In this document: in pieces, positions 1 to 8,429 of the stretch
Position numbering within the stretch: the stretch's first letter is position 1
How the letters are laid out: each line of letters starts with the position of its first letter
Virus record (IMG/VR): IMGVR_UViG_3300042484_001245
Coordinates: 1-64,000 of that record
Length of the DNA stretch: 64,000 nt
Source of the DNA: a virus
Direction: 5' to 3' (one strand)
Position numbers and translations under genes: made by a program
Notes under the pieces: generated by a model
Databases searched by the model: none
What the model was told of the DNA's origin: nothing
What the model saw: the letters and a program-made list of their open reading frames with translations, nothing else

Positions 1-29
1 TTGACTTTGAGTTCAGGAATTGATATTAT
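1..29 (+). promoter_or_regulatory. sigma70-type early promoter (TTGACT-17-TATTAT, extended TG)
   Basis: TTGACT 1-6, TG 21-22, TATTAT 24-29; ATG at 36 coincides with the expected start site. Confidence 0.7.
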
Positions 30-35
30 TAAAGC

Positions 36-671
36 ATGGGTTGTGACATTCATGCGTACATTGAATTTTTCTCTAAGTCTGACTTTAAGAATTCCCGCAA
101 GTGTTTTGTTGATTGTTTTGCTGGTGAGTTATCTCTTGGTCGAGACTACATTCTTTTCGGACTTATCGCAGGTGTTCGTCACCATCTTCCACCACTCATA
201 AAAGCCCGTGGCATTCCTACAGAGCCTGAGTTGTCATATACAGTATCCGATGCATACTACTTAAATGTTGTTGCAGATGATGCCGTACGATTTTCTGACA
301 ACTCTATTCGTCGCACACTTGCAGAAGAATATGTGTCAGAAGGCTATGCACACTACACAGACTCAACAAAGTCACACATCACGAATCCTAATTATCATTC
401 AGCAACATACTTAACACTCGATGAACTTCTCACGATTCGTAAAATGTATTTGACTGAGATTGTCGAGTTCTACGCAAACATATCAAATACAAAAAAGAAA
501 GACTTGCTATCTTTTATCAAGAAGACAAGCACTCGTGAGTTGATGAAGTTTTCGTTTCCTGAGTATGAGAATGTGGGACTATACACCACAATTTGTACCA
601 TGATGGCACTTGAGCGTGTATCTGAAGACTCTGATACATCAACTCGACTTGTTTGTTGGTTTGATTCTTAA
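36..671 (+). CDS. hypothetical phage protein (MGCDIH...RLVCWFD family)
   Basis: 211-aa ORF; MGCDIH N-terminus, RDYxLFGxxAGVR and terminal R-x-V-x-W-F-D are typical of a recurrent phage family. Confidence 0.8.
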   Translation: MGCDIHAYIEFFSKSDFKNSRKCFVDCFAGELSLGRDYILFGLIAGVRHHLPPLIKARGIPTEPELSYTVSDAYYLNVVADDAVRFSDNSIRRTLAEEYVSEGYAHYTDSTKSHITNPNYHSATYLTLDELLTIRKMYLTEIVEFYANISNTKKKDLLSFIKKTSTRELMKFSFPEYENVGLYTTICTMMALERVSEDSDTSTRLVCWFDS

Positions 672-687
672 TTTTATTATGGAGAAA

Positions 688-996
688 ATGAATATGGTAA
701 AGTATACATCATCTATCATGAAAGCAGCAAAAGAATTGTTTCCAAACGCTTCAATGTTGCATGACATGATGCGCCTGGGCGACACAAAAGCACTTGACGT
801 TGTGCAGTCGTATCTTGGTCTCAAGATTGATGAAGACGACATTGTTCGTGCATTTAGAAACAAGAAAGAGAATAAGATATTAGAAGCAGCAAAGCGAGCA
901 CAGAACATTCGTGAGCTTTATTGTGAGATGTTTCATTTGATTGAGAAGCAACAAGAGAAGCGAGCTGTAGTTAATCAATACGAAGACTGTATGTAA
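688..996 (+). CDS. hypothetical protein
   Basis: ORF 610..996; GGAG at 681-684 favours a start at 688 or 694. Confidence 0.65.
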   Translation: MNMVKYTSSIMKAAKELFPNASMLHDMMRLGDTKALDVVQSYLGLKIDEDDIVRAFRNKKENKILEAAKRAQNIRELYCEMFHLIEKQQEKRAVVNQYEDCM

Positions 997-997
997 T

Positions 998-1432
998 ATG
1001 AACGACGAAAATACAAAACGTGTTATTGATGCGTGTCCGTCTCTGTTTGAGACGATAGAAGATGAGCAAAGAAAAATGGCTAATGGGGAAATGTTTTTTC
1101 CAATAGCATTTTACTTTGAGTGTGGCAACGGCTGGGCAGACTTACTTGTTGAGTTGTGTCAAAATATACAGGCACACTTAAACACGCTACCAAAAGATGT
1201 TGCATCGGAGATTGTGGCATTACAAGTAAAAGAGAAGTTTGGAACTTTGAGATTTTATATTTCTCATTATGACGAGACATTACAATCTTTGATTGAAGCC
1301 GCTGCAAAAAAGAGTGCTGTTACTTGTGAGCAGTGTGGTAAAACTGGAAGGGTTCGAGGCTCTGTTTGGTACTATGCGGCGTGTGATGAACACACACTAG
1401 AACAAGATCGTGATGTATCAGAAGCACCATAA
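998..1432 (+). CDS. conserved phage protein with C-terminal Zn-finger-like motif
   Basis: CGxGW, QVKEKFGTLRFY and CEQCG...ACxxH motifs. Confidence 0.8.
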   Translation: MNDENTKRVIDACPSLFETIEDEQRKMANGEMFFPIAFYFECGNGWADLLVELCQNIQAHLNTLPKDVASEIVALQVKEKFGTLRFYISHYDETLQSLIEAAAKKSAVTCEQCGKTGRVRGSVWYYAACDEHTLEQDRDVSEAP

Positions 1433-1439
1433 AATCCGC

Positions 1440-1447
1440 TATAAATA
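1440..1447 (+). promoter_or_regulatory. T4-type late promoter TATAAATA
   Basis: exact T4 late consensus upstream of gp5; gp55 is encoded in this window. Confidence 0.8.
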
Positions 1448-1473
1448 CACAAGAGATGTGATTTGCGGATGCT

Positions 1474-4248
1474 ATGGATTCATCATTCTTAGGTAAAGAC
1501 GGCTTCATTTGGTGGAAAGGCGTGGTAGAAGATCGAAAAGATCCTATCATGCTTGGTCGTGTTCGTGTGCGCATCTTCGGGTGGCACTCAGAAGATAGAC
1601 AACAAATACCTACAGAAGAATTGCCGTGGGCGATGCCGAGCGTTTCGTTTGATACAGGTCGCAATCCAGTTGGTCTTAAAGAAGGTGATTGGGTGTGGGG
1701 CTTCTTCATGGATGGACCTGAAGCACAGCGACCAGTTGTCGTTGGTGTTATACCAGGTATTGATGAGAAGCCTGCGGCGCCTGAAATTGGCTTCGGTGAT
1801 CCAACACAACCGGGTGAAGTAAACCCAGACACACATCCTCGTCCACCAGATCTTAACGCAGCAGAGCTTGAAGAAAAAACTGAAGATAAGTCTAAGAAAG
1901 AAGAAGATACAGGCGCCGGCGGACGTTTCTCCAACCCAGATAAACTTCCTGGCGGTAACGTTGCGTTTGGTGAACTGATCAAATACTACGACCCTGAGAA
2001 CTACAAGTTCGACATAAACAAAGACGGCTCGTATGATGCAAGCGACTCTTCGCTTATTGTGAAAGCTGCAACAAACATCTTAGGTCAATCAATTTTCGGA
2101 GGCGGTGCACAGCTCTTAGGTGTTGCAGCAAACGTAATTTCTAAGTTTCTTGATGCATCAGGCAACATTAAAATTTCTCCAGAAGAGTTGACGCCACCTA
2201 CAGTCTCTCCATACCCACTACAAGACAGATTGATGGAGCCGACGACATCTCGACTTGCTCGAAACGAGATGGTCGATCAAACAATCGTTGGTCTTAAACG
2301 TGGTCAACTTGCAACAGGCACAGCAGCAGGATTTGAAGACGGCGGTGTTGGTCTACAAGCAACAGTTGCGCCACAACCTTTTGATGAGCCTGAGACACCA
2401 TACGATGCAAAGTATCCATTCAATCATGTGTATGAGAGTGAATCTGGTCACATTGTAGAGATAGACGATTCACCTGGTGCAGAGCGTTTGCATTGGTATC
2501 ACAGATCTGGAACATTCAGAGAGATTCACCCAGACGGAACACAAGTCACAAAAGTTAAGAAGAATGATTACAACTTTGTAATCAAAGATTTCTATGGTGC
2601 GGCTGGCGGCAGCATGAACTTTCATGCAACAGAAGCACTTCGCATGAAAGCTGATCAAGCACTCACATTGAACGCAGGCTCTTCTCTTAATACTCAAGTT
2701 GGCGAAGACATCAACACAGTAGCAGACGGTGACGCAAACACACGCATCAAGGGTGGCACATACACAGTCATCGATGAAGATATGTGGAAGCACGTACTTG
2801 GTGATGCAATGTTTTGTGTCAAAGAAGGTGAACTCCACATCAAAGCAAAGAAAAAGATCGTCATCGATTCTGATGCAACAATTGAATTGAAATCAAAGCA
2901 ACACATCAAGCTGTCGTCACCAATCACGACAATGCAAGGTGCCGGCGGTGGTTTAACAACAGTCAACATGGTGTCTGTTGATATTAAATCTCTGTTCTTG
3001 ATGGCACACACATCGATGGTGTCTAACATACTTGTGCCTGGCGACCCATTAGAGTTCTTACCACCGATTGCGTTTCCTCGTGGTATTGAGACGAATCGAG
3101 CTGGTGATGATGCATGGTATAAAGAGTCTCCAGAAGATGCGTCGAAGAAGTTTGGGTTCTTACTTCCTAATTTTAGCGCAGGTGCCGTATGGAAGCCAGT
3201 ATCAGAAAGTGACAAGAAACTTGTAACACTTGCGCCAAAAGGTAATGCTGCGCCACACAAGTTCTATGAAGCTATTCCTACAGGTGAGTTAGAGGCAGTT
3301 CGTATTGCATATCAACATGAAGACGGTACACAAACATTCTGGGATACAGTGCGACCTGTACATGAAAGGGGCAAAGAGATCACAAATATGTTTGGTGCGC
3401 CTCGAAGGGATACATACTTAGATGGCAGAATAATGTACAGATGGCCTAAGCCTGGTAAAGATTTCCCAAAACAACTTATCTGGGAAATCGGTGGTGTTGA
3501 AGATTTGATTCTCGACAGTGCGATACGACATCAAAATCTTGATGGTGCATTTGATGCAGAAGATGCACAATTAGACTTTGATGTGACAACAGCTGGTCCA
3601 GAAGCTGGTAGCGAAGAAGATGGTACAGCATCACCTAAGTTTGGGTACTTGTTGCCAAGTGGTAAAAACGGAGACGTTTGGAAACCAATTGCAGAGAGTG
3701 ACGGCAACTTGTGTACACTCAGTGCATCGGGCGGTCAGCATGAGTTGTATGCAGCAATTGACACTGGTGAAAAAGAAGTAATCAACGTGAAGTATCTCAA
3801 CATCAGTGGCACTGTGACAAGTTGGACAATCACACGTCCTGTATTCAAGATGGGTGCTCTTATAGACAAGCCACGGTTGAACACTATGTTCTTGGATGGT
3901 GCTCGTCACTTATGCAGATGGAACAAGCCTGGTGCAGCATATCCAAAAAACATCTTTTGGGTTGTTAAAGATGGATCTGGTGTCACTAAGATAGTGAGCT
4001 TCATAGCAGATCCAGCATCACGACATCAGTGTTCACCTCCATTTCCAAATGGATTCGATGAAAAACTTATTAAGCCCGATGCTTCCACAAATACACAAAC
4101 TGCATCTAGTAGCACTACACCCTCTGAGATAACAGACGAGGAGAGAGCTAATGCTAGAGCGAACAAGAATAATAAACGCAATAGCGTTCGTCCTAAAGAC
4201 TCAGGCACAGCAACAGGACGCAAACCTGGGACATCTAGGGTAGCATAG
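1474..4248 (+). CDS. gp5: baseplate hub/central spike gp5-like (OB fold + beta-helix, no lysozyme, long C-terminal extension)
   Basis: WWKGVVEDRKDPIMLGRVRVRIFGWH OB fold; YPFNHVYESESGHIVEIDDSPGAERLHWYHRSGTFREIHPDG; beta-helix repeats; lies before gp25. Confidence 0.92.
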   Translation: MDSSFLGKDGFIWWKGVVEDRKDPIMLGRVRVRIFGWHSEDRQQIPTEELPWAMPSVSFDTGRNPVGLKEGDWVWGFFMDGPEAQRPVVVGVIPGIDEKPAAPEIGFGDPTQPGEVNPDTHPRPPDLNAAELEEKTEDKSKKEEDTGAGGRFSNPDKLPGGNVAFGELIKYYDPENYKFDINKDGSYDASDSSLIVKAATNILGQSIFGGGAQLLGVAANVISKFLDASGNIKISPEELTPPTVSPYPLQDRLMEPTTSRLARNEMVDQTIVGLKRGQLATGTAAGFEDGGVGLQATVAPQPFDEPETPYDAKYPFNHVYESESGHIVEIDDSPGAERLHWYHRSGTFREIHPDGTQVTKVKKNDYNFVIKDFYGAAGGSMNFHATEALRMKADQALTLNAGSSLNTQVGEDINTVADGDANTRIKGGTYTVIDEDMWKHVLGDAMFCVKEGELHIKAKKKIVIDSDATIELKSKQHIKLSSPITTMQGAGGGLTTVNMVSVDIKSLFLMAHTSMVSNILVPGDPLEFLPPIAFPRGIETNRAGDDAWYKESPEDASKKFGFLLPNFSAGAVWKPVSESDKKLVTLAPKGNAAPHKFYEAIPTGELEAVRIAYQHEDGTQTFWDTVRPVHERGKEITNMFGAPRRDTYLDGRIMYRWPKPGKDFPKQLIWEIGGVEDLILDSAIRHQNLDGAFDAEDAQLDFDVTTAGPEAGSEEDGTASPKFGYLLPSGKNGDVWKPIAESDGNLCTLSASGGQHELYAAIDTGEKEVINVKYLNISGTVTSWTITRPVFKMGALIDKPRLNTMFLDGARHLCRWNKPGAAYPKNIFWVVKDGSGVTKIVSFIADPASRHQCSPPFPNGFDEKLIKPDASTNTQTASSSTTPSEITDEERANARANKNNKRNSVRPKDSGTATGRKPGTSRVA

Positions 4249-4295
4249 GTATCCAAGAATAAGCCAAGATTGCACAAAGCACTTCAAAATAGTGC

Positions 4296-4303
4296 AATAA
4301 ATA
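4296..4303 (+). promoter_or_regulatory. late promoter AATAAATA
   Basis: NATAAATA in the intergenic gap before gp25. Confidence 0.6.
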
Positions 4304-4328
4304 AAACGTATTGTTTTGTTGCAATCAC

Positions 4329-4721
4329 ATGGCTGAGACGACTAAGAAAATTACAGATTTGGATTTTGACTTTGTTGCACACCCTGTTTCGGGTGACATT
4401 ATTCCATTGAAGAATGGTGATGCGATAAAGCGAGCTATTAGAAACCTCATGTTTACTGGTTACTATGAGCGAGTGTTTCAACCAAGTCTTGGAGCAAACT
4501 TAAAGCAGTTGTTGTTTGAGCCAATCACACCAATGACTGAAATGAGTATTCGCATCTTGATCACAGATGTCATTCAAGCATTTGAGCCACGGGCGAAGAT
4601 CATCAATCTTGATGTGAGAGTATCACCAGATGAAAATGGCTACAACGTATATTTGCTATTTGCTATAGATCAAATTTCAGAAGTTGTGACTGTAGACTTC
4701 TTCTTAGAAAGGCTAAGATAG
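4329..4721 (+). CDS. gp25: baseplate wedge subunit gp25
   Basis: DLDFDF..HPVSGDI...AIKRAIRNL..T...ERVFQP.LG and FEPR motifs; ATG 4329 chosen as start. Confidence 0.92.
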   Translation: MAETTKKITDLDFDFVAHPVSGDIIPLKNGDAIKRAIRNLMFTGYYERVFQPSLGANLKQLLFEPITPMTEMSIRILITDVIQAFEPRAKIINLDVRVSPDENGYNVYLLFAIDQISEVVTVDFFLERLR

Positions 4722-4722
4722 T

Positions 4723-6531
4723 ATGACACATACGAAATATGACAAATTAGATTTTGATACTATCAAGACCAACTTGAAAAATTTCCTCAAGAGTCAAGAT
4801 CAATTCAAAGACTATAACTTTGAAGGATCGTCTCTTTCAATTCTCTTAGACGTTCTTGCATACAACACATCATACAATGCTTTCTATTTGAATATGCTGT
4901 CAAGTGAGATGTTCTTAGACACAGCATCGATGAAAGAGAGTATTCTGTCGAGGGCAAAACATCTTGGTTATGTGCCTCGTGGTGTTCATTCTCTCACAGC
5001 AAAGATTGACATCACAGTTGATGGCTCAAGTATAGCAAACCCACAGCCTCGCATTTACATCGGCAAAGATACTGAGTTCGCAACAACAATCGACAACAGA
5101 CGCTATACATTCGTGCCAGAAAAGTCTGTGTACATGGAAATCAATTCTGCAAAGAGATATAGCTACACTGGTCTTGAACTCATTCAAGGTACTCGACTCA
5201 AACACCAATATGTTGTTGATCTTAATGCTCCAGTAAAACAAAAATTTGTTATACCAAATTCTCTCGTTGATCTATCAACACTTGTTGTCACAGTTAAAAA
5301 GTCTGCGACAAATGCTGTTGAAGAAGTGTTCACACAAGCAAACGACATTAACTCGTTGTCGCCAGAGTTGCCTGTATACTTTTTACAGCCGTATGGTGAT
5401 GGACTGTATGAAGTTGTGTTTGGTGATAACATACTTGGTAAAGGTGTTGAAACAGGTAACATCATCAATCTTGAATATGTTGTGTCATCTGGCGATGGCG
5501 CAATCGGCGCAAGATCATTCGTAGCATCAACAACACTATCATCATTCTCATTCGGAAACACAAGAATCGTTTGCACACAACCAGCAGCAAACTATGTTGC
5601 TCCAGAAAGTGATGCTCAAATAAAGTTAGTTGCTCCAAGAGCGTATGCAGCACAGAACAGAGCTGTTACAAAACTTGATTATGAAACAATCTTGAAGAAA
5701 GACATACCAACGATTGAGCATCTTCGTGTTTGGGGTGGTGAAGAAAACGATCCTCCTGTGTATGGAAAAGTTTTCTGCTCCATCAAACCAATCTCTGGTT
5801 TTGAATTAAACACAGATGATAAGAAGCGTTTGATTGACAACTACATTAAGCCTCGTAGCATTTTGTCACTTGATATTGAGCTTGTTGAGCCTGAGTATGT
5901 TTACTTAGCAATCAGTTCTACAATTAACTTTTTTGCCGATAAAACAAATAAGCAAGACAACGATCTCAAGAAAATTGCCATAGACGGCATCAAGCAATTT
6001 AGAGATACAAACTTATTAGGGTTTGATGCAGACTTTAGGCACTCAAAACTTGTTCGTACAATCGATTCTCTCGATTCGGCTATTGAGAGCAATACAACAA
6101 ACGTTAAGATTAAGTATAGACTTACACCACCGTATTTCACATACTTCAACAAAACAATTACACTTAACAATCCAATCGACACAGGTGATGCAAAGAACAA
6201 CAACTCAGCAATTAACAGCACTGAATTCATATACAAAGGAAGTTCAGTCAAACTTGCTGATGATGGTCTTGGTAAATTGTATTTGTACTATGTGATAAAC
6301 AACGCACGAGTGATTGTCAACAATAACGTTGGCAGTGTCGATTACGCAAACGGAAAGATCTATCTTGAAAACTTGTATGTGGATCGTATTCCTAGAGATC
6401 AGATATATATTGATATATTCATTCAGCCAAGAAACAGTGATGTGATTTCTCTTCGCAATCAAATTTTGCGATTGAATGAAGAAGACATCTCTGTGTCAAC
6501 TGTGAACTTAAACAAGATTAAGTTATCATGA
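4723..6531 (+). CDS. gp6: baseplate wedge subunit gp6
   Basis: LDFDTIKTNLKNFL..Q..FKDYNFEGS.LS.LLDVLAYNT; AQNRAVT..DY; WGGEENDPPVYGKVF. Confidence 0.95.
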   Translation: MTHTKYDKLDFDTIKTNLKNFLKSQDQFKDYNFEGSSLSILLDVLAYNTSYNAFYLNMLSSEMFLDTASMKESILSRAKHLGYVPRGVHSLTAKIDITVDGSSIANPQPRIYIGKDTEFATTIDNRRYTFVPEKSVYMEINSAKRYSYTGLELIQGTRLKHQYVVDLNAPVKQKFVIPNSLVDLSTLVVTVKKSATNAVEEVFTQANDINSLSPELPVYFLQPYGDGLYEVVFGDNILGKGVETGNIINLEYVVSSGDGAIGARSFVASTTLSSFSFGNTRIVCTQPAANYVAPESDAQIKLVAPRAYAAQNRAVTKLDYETILKKDIPTIEHLRVWGGEENDPPVYGKVFCSIKPISGFELNTDDKKRLIDNYIKPRSILSLDIELVEPEYVYLAISSTINFFADKTNKQDNDLKKIAIDGIKQFRDTNLLGFDADFRHSKLVRTIDSLDSAIESNTTNVKIKYRLTPPYFTYFNKTITLNNPIDTGDAKNNNSAINSTEFIYKGSSVKLADDGLGKLYLYYVINNARVIVNNNVGSVDYANGKIYLENLYVDRIPRDQIYIDIFIQPRNSDVISLRNQILRLNEEDISVSTVNLNKIKLS

Positions 6532-8375
6532 TAATCGTCTCGCCAGAATCTATACCTGGAATAAACATTGATGTGGGTCGTCTTGACTCACCCGTTGGTA
6601 TGGGCGGTTCTATTTCTAACACAGATCCGATGCCTGGCATTTCACCACACGTTGCGGCGCAGTTTCCTTCGTTTGTTGCCGAAGATCATCCTCGCTTCAT
6701 TGAGTTTATGGAAGCATACTATCGTTGGATGGAGTCAAACGGACAAACTCTACACGAATCGATGCGTGTTCGTGAGAATCAAGACATCGACACAGCATCA
6801 GATGAATATGTTGAGCACTTCTTCAACGAATTCTTAACGATCATTCCCCGCAACATACTTGCAAACAAGGCAACTGTACTTAAAAACATCAAGCAGTTTT
6901 ACGGCGCAAAAGGTACTGAAAAGTCGTTCAAGTTTTTGTTCAGAATTTTGTTCAATTCAGATTCATATCTGTACTATCCTAAAGATGACATTCTTCGCAC
7001 ATCAGATGGTAAATGGATTCAAAACAAAACAGTGCGAGTTACAAACGTAGTTGGTGACATCAAGAAACTTCGTGCACAAAAAATTCGTGGTCTTACAAAT
7101 AACTCAAGCGCATTTGTAGAACGTCTCTACGGTATTAACTTTGGCAATTATTCTGCACACGAGCTTGTTTTGAATAGAGCAAGTATCACTGGCAAATTTT
7201 TACCAGGCGAAACACTTGTATCAGAAGATGGCACAATTAGAGCAACAATAAGCCCAATACCAGAAACAATACGAATAGTAAAGCCTGGTAAAAATTACAA
7301 AATCGGTGACAGATTTGCAATTGATTACATCGGCAAAGGTGCAATCATTCGTGTTGCAGAAGTTGATGACGAGGGTGGTATCACACGCTTTTACATACAA
7401 GAGTATGGCGTCGGCTACAGCACAGCACGACCACCAAAAAACATTAAGTGTATCAATGAAGAACATCTATTAGGAGACTCTGTAGCCGAAGTAACACTGG
7501 TTCTAGGATCAACAACAAACTACCCAGGCTACTTCAGAAATGAAGATGGTCAACTAAGCACGACGAAATACATTCACGATGGCTACTACTATCAACAATT
7601 CTCTTATGTGACAAACACTGAAGAATCTTTTGATAAGTACAAAGACATCATGAACAAAGCTGTTCATCCACTCGGCTTCAAACACTTTGGTTCTGTTGCA
7701 ATAGAAACACAAGTTGATGCTGGTATTAAGTTACCTGTTGGCAGTATGATGATTCATATTATCACCAATAACGGCGTTACAACAGATGCAACACTCGATA
7801 CAAAAACTGAAATTATTCATCCAAATACGATTCGCACCGACAATCAGTTGGGCGCATCATATGACTCCATCTTGAGAGACAAATTTAATTACAAGCCGTT
7901 CGTGAAATATGATGCAAACACAGAGTTTGATGGTGCAAACTCAAATCATTTTGGAACAGGTCTTGATAATCGTCTCGCATCAACACCTGTTTCCACATTT
8001 GAAACACAACACATCGGAACGAATAAGCCAATAGATTTGGAAAGCAATAGACTGCGACCAATCAAATTGCAATCTGATGCTGTTATCATTCAAAGCCCTG
8101 ATAGAATTCAGGTTGTTGTACTACACGAGCGCAACGTAATCACTGCGACAGAGGGTGAAACTGTCGCTGCGGAGTTTGCTGTTACGAATACGACAGATGC
8201 AAACTACACATGGATATTAAAGAAAGATGGAATAGAGATTGCTCGTGGTGAGCAATCGTCTGGTGATGTAAGTGTTGACGTGATTGCAAGTGCAGGACGA
8301 CTTGCATTGTTTGTTATTGATGACCTTGGCAGAACATATAAATCTGATAACGTCGGCATAAAAATTGTGGAATAG
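6528..8375 (+). CDS. gp7: baseplate wedge subunit gp7-like
   Basis: QFPSFV.EDHP.FIEFMEAYY; KGTEKSFKFLFRILF; DGYYYQQFSY; VHPLG; lies between gp6 and gp8. Confidence 0.8.
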   Translation: MIIVSPESIPGINIDVGRLDSPVGMGGSISNTDPMPGISPHVAAQFPSFVAEDHPRFIEFMEAYYRWMESNGQTLHESMRVRENQDIDTASDEYVEHFFNEFLTIIPRNILANKATVLKNIKQFYGAKGTEKSFKFLFRILFNSDSYLYYPKDDILRTSDGKWIQNKTVRVTNVVGDIKKLRAQKIRGLTNNSSAFVERLYGINFGNYSAHELVLNRASITGKFLPGETLVSEDGTIRATISPIPETIRIVKPGKNYKIGDRFAIDYIGKGAIIRVAEVDDEGGITRFYIQEYGVGYSTARPPKNIKCINEEHLLGDSVAEVTLVLGSTTNYPGYFRNEDGQLSTTKYIHDGYYYQQFSYVTNTEESFDKYKDIMNKAVHPLGFKHFGSVAIETQVDAGIKLPVGSMMIHIITNNGVTTDATLDTKTEIIHPNTIRTDNQLGASYDSILRDKFNYKPFVKYDANTEFDGANSNHFGTGLDNRLASTPVSTFETQHIGTNKPIDLESNRLRPIKLQSDAVIIQSPDRIQVVVLHERNVITATEGETVAAEFAVTNTTDANYTWILKKDGIEIARGEQSSGDVSVDVIASAGRLALFVIDDLGRTYKSDNVGIKIVE

Positions 8376-8402
8376 AACAGCAGAAACTCTTTAGAAAATG
8401 GT

Positions 8403-8410
8403 GATAAATA
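8403..8410 (+). promoter_or_regulatory. late promoter GATAAATA
   Basis: NATAAATA upstream of gp8. Confidence 0.6.
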
Positions 8411-8429
8411 ACCTCATAGGAATATTACT

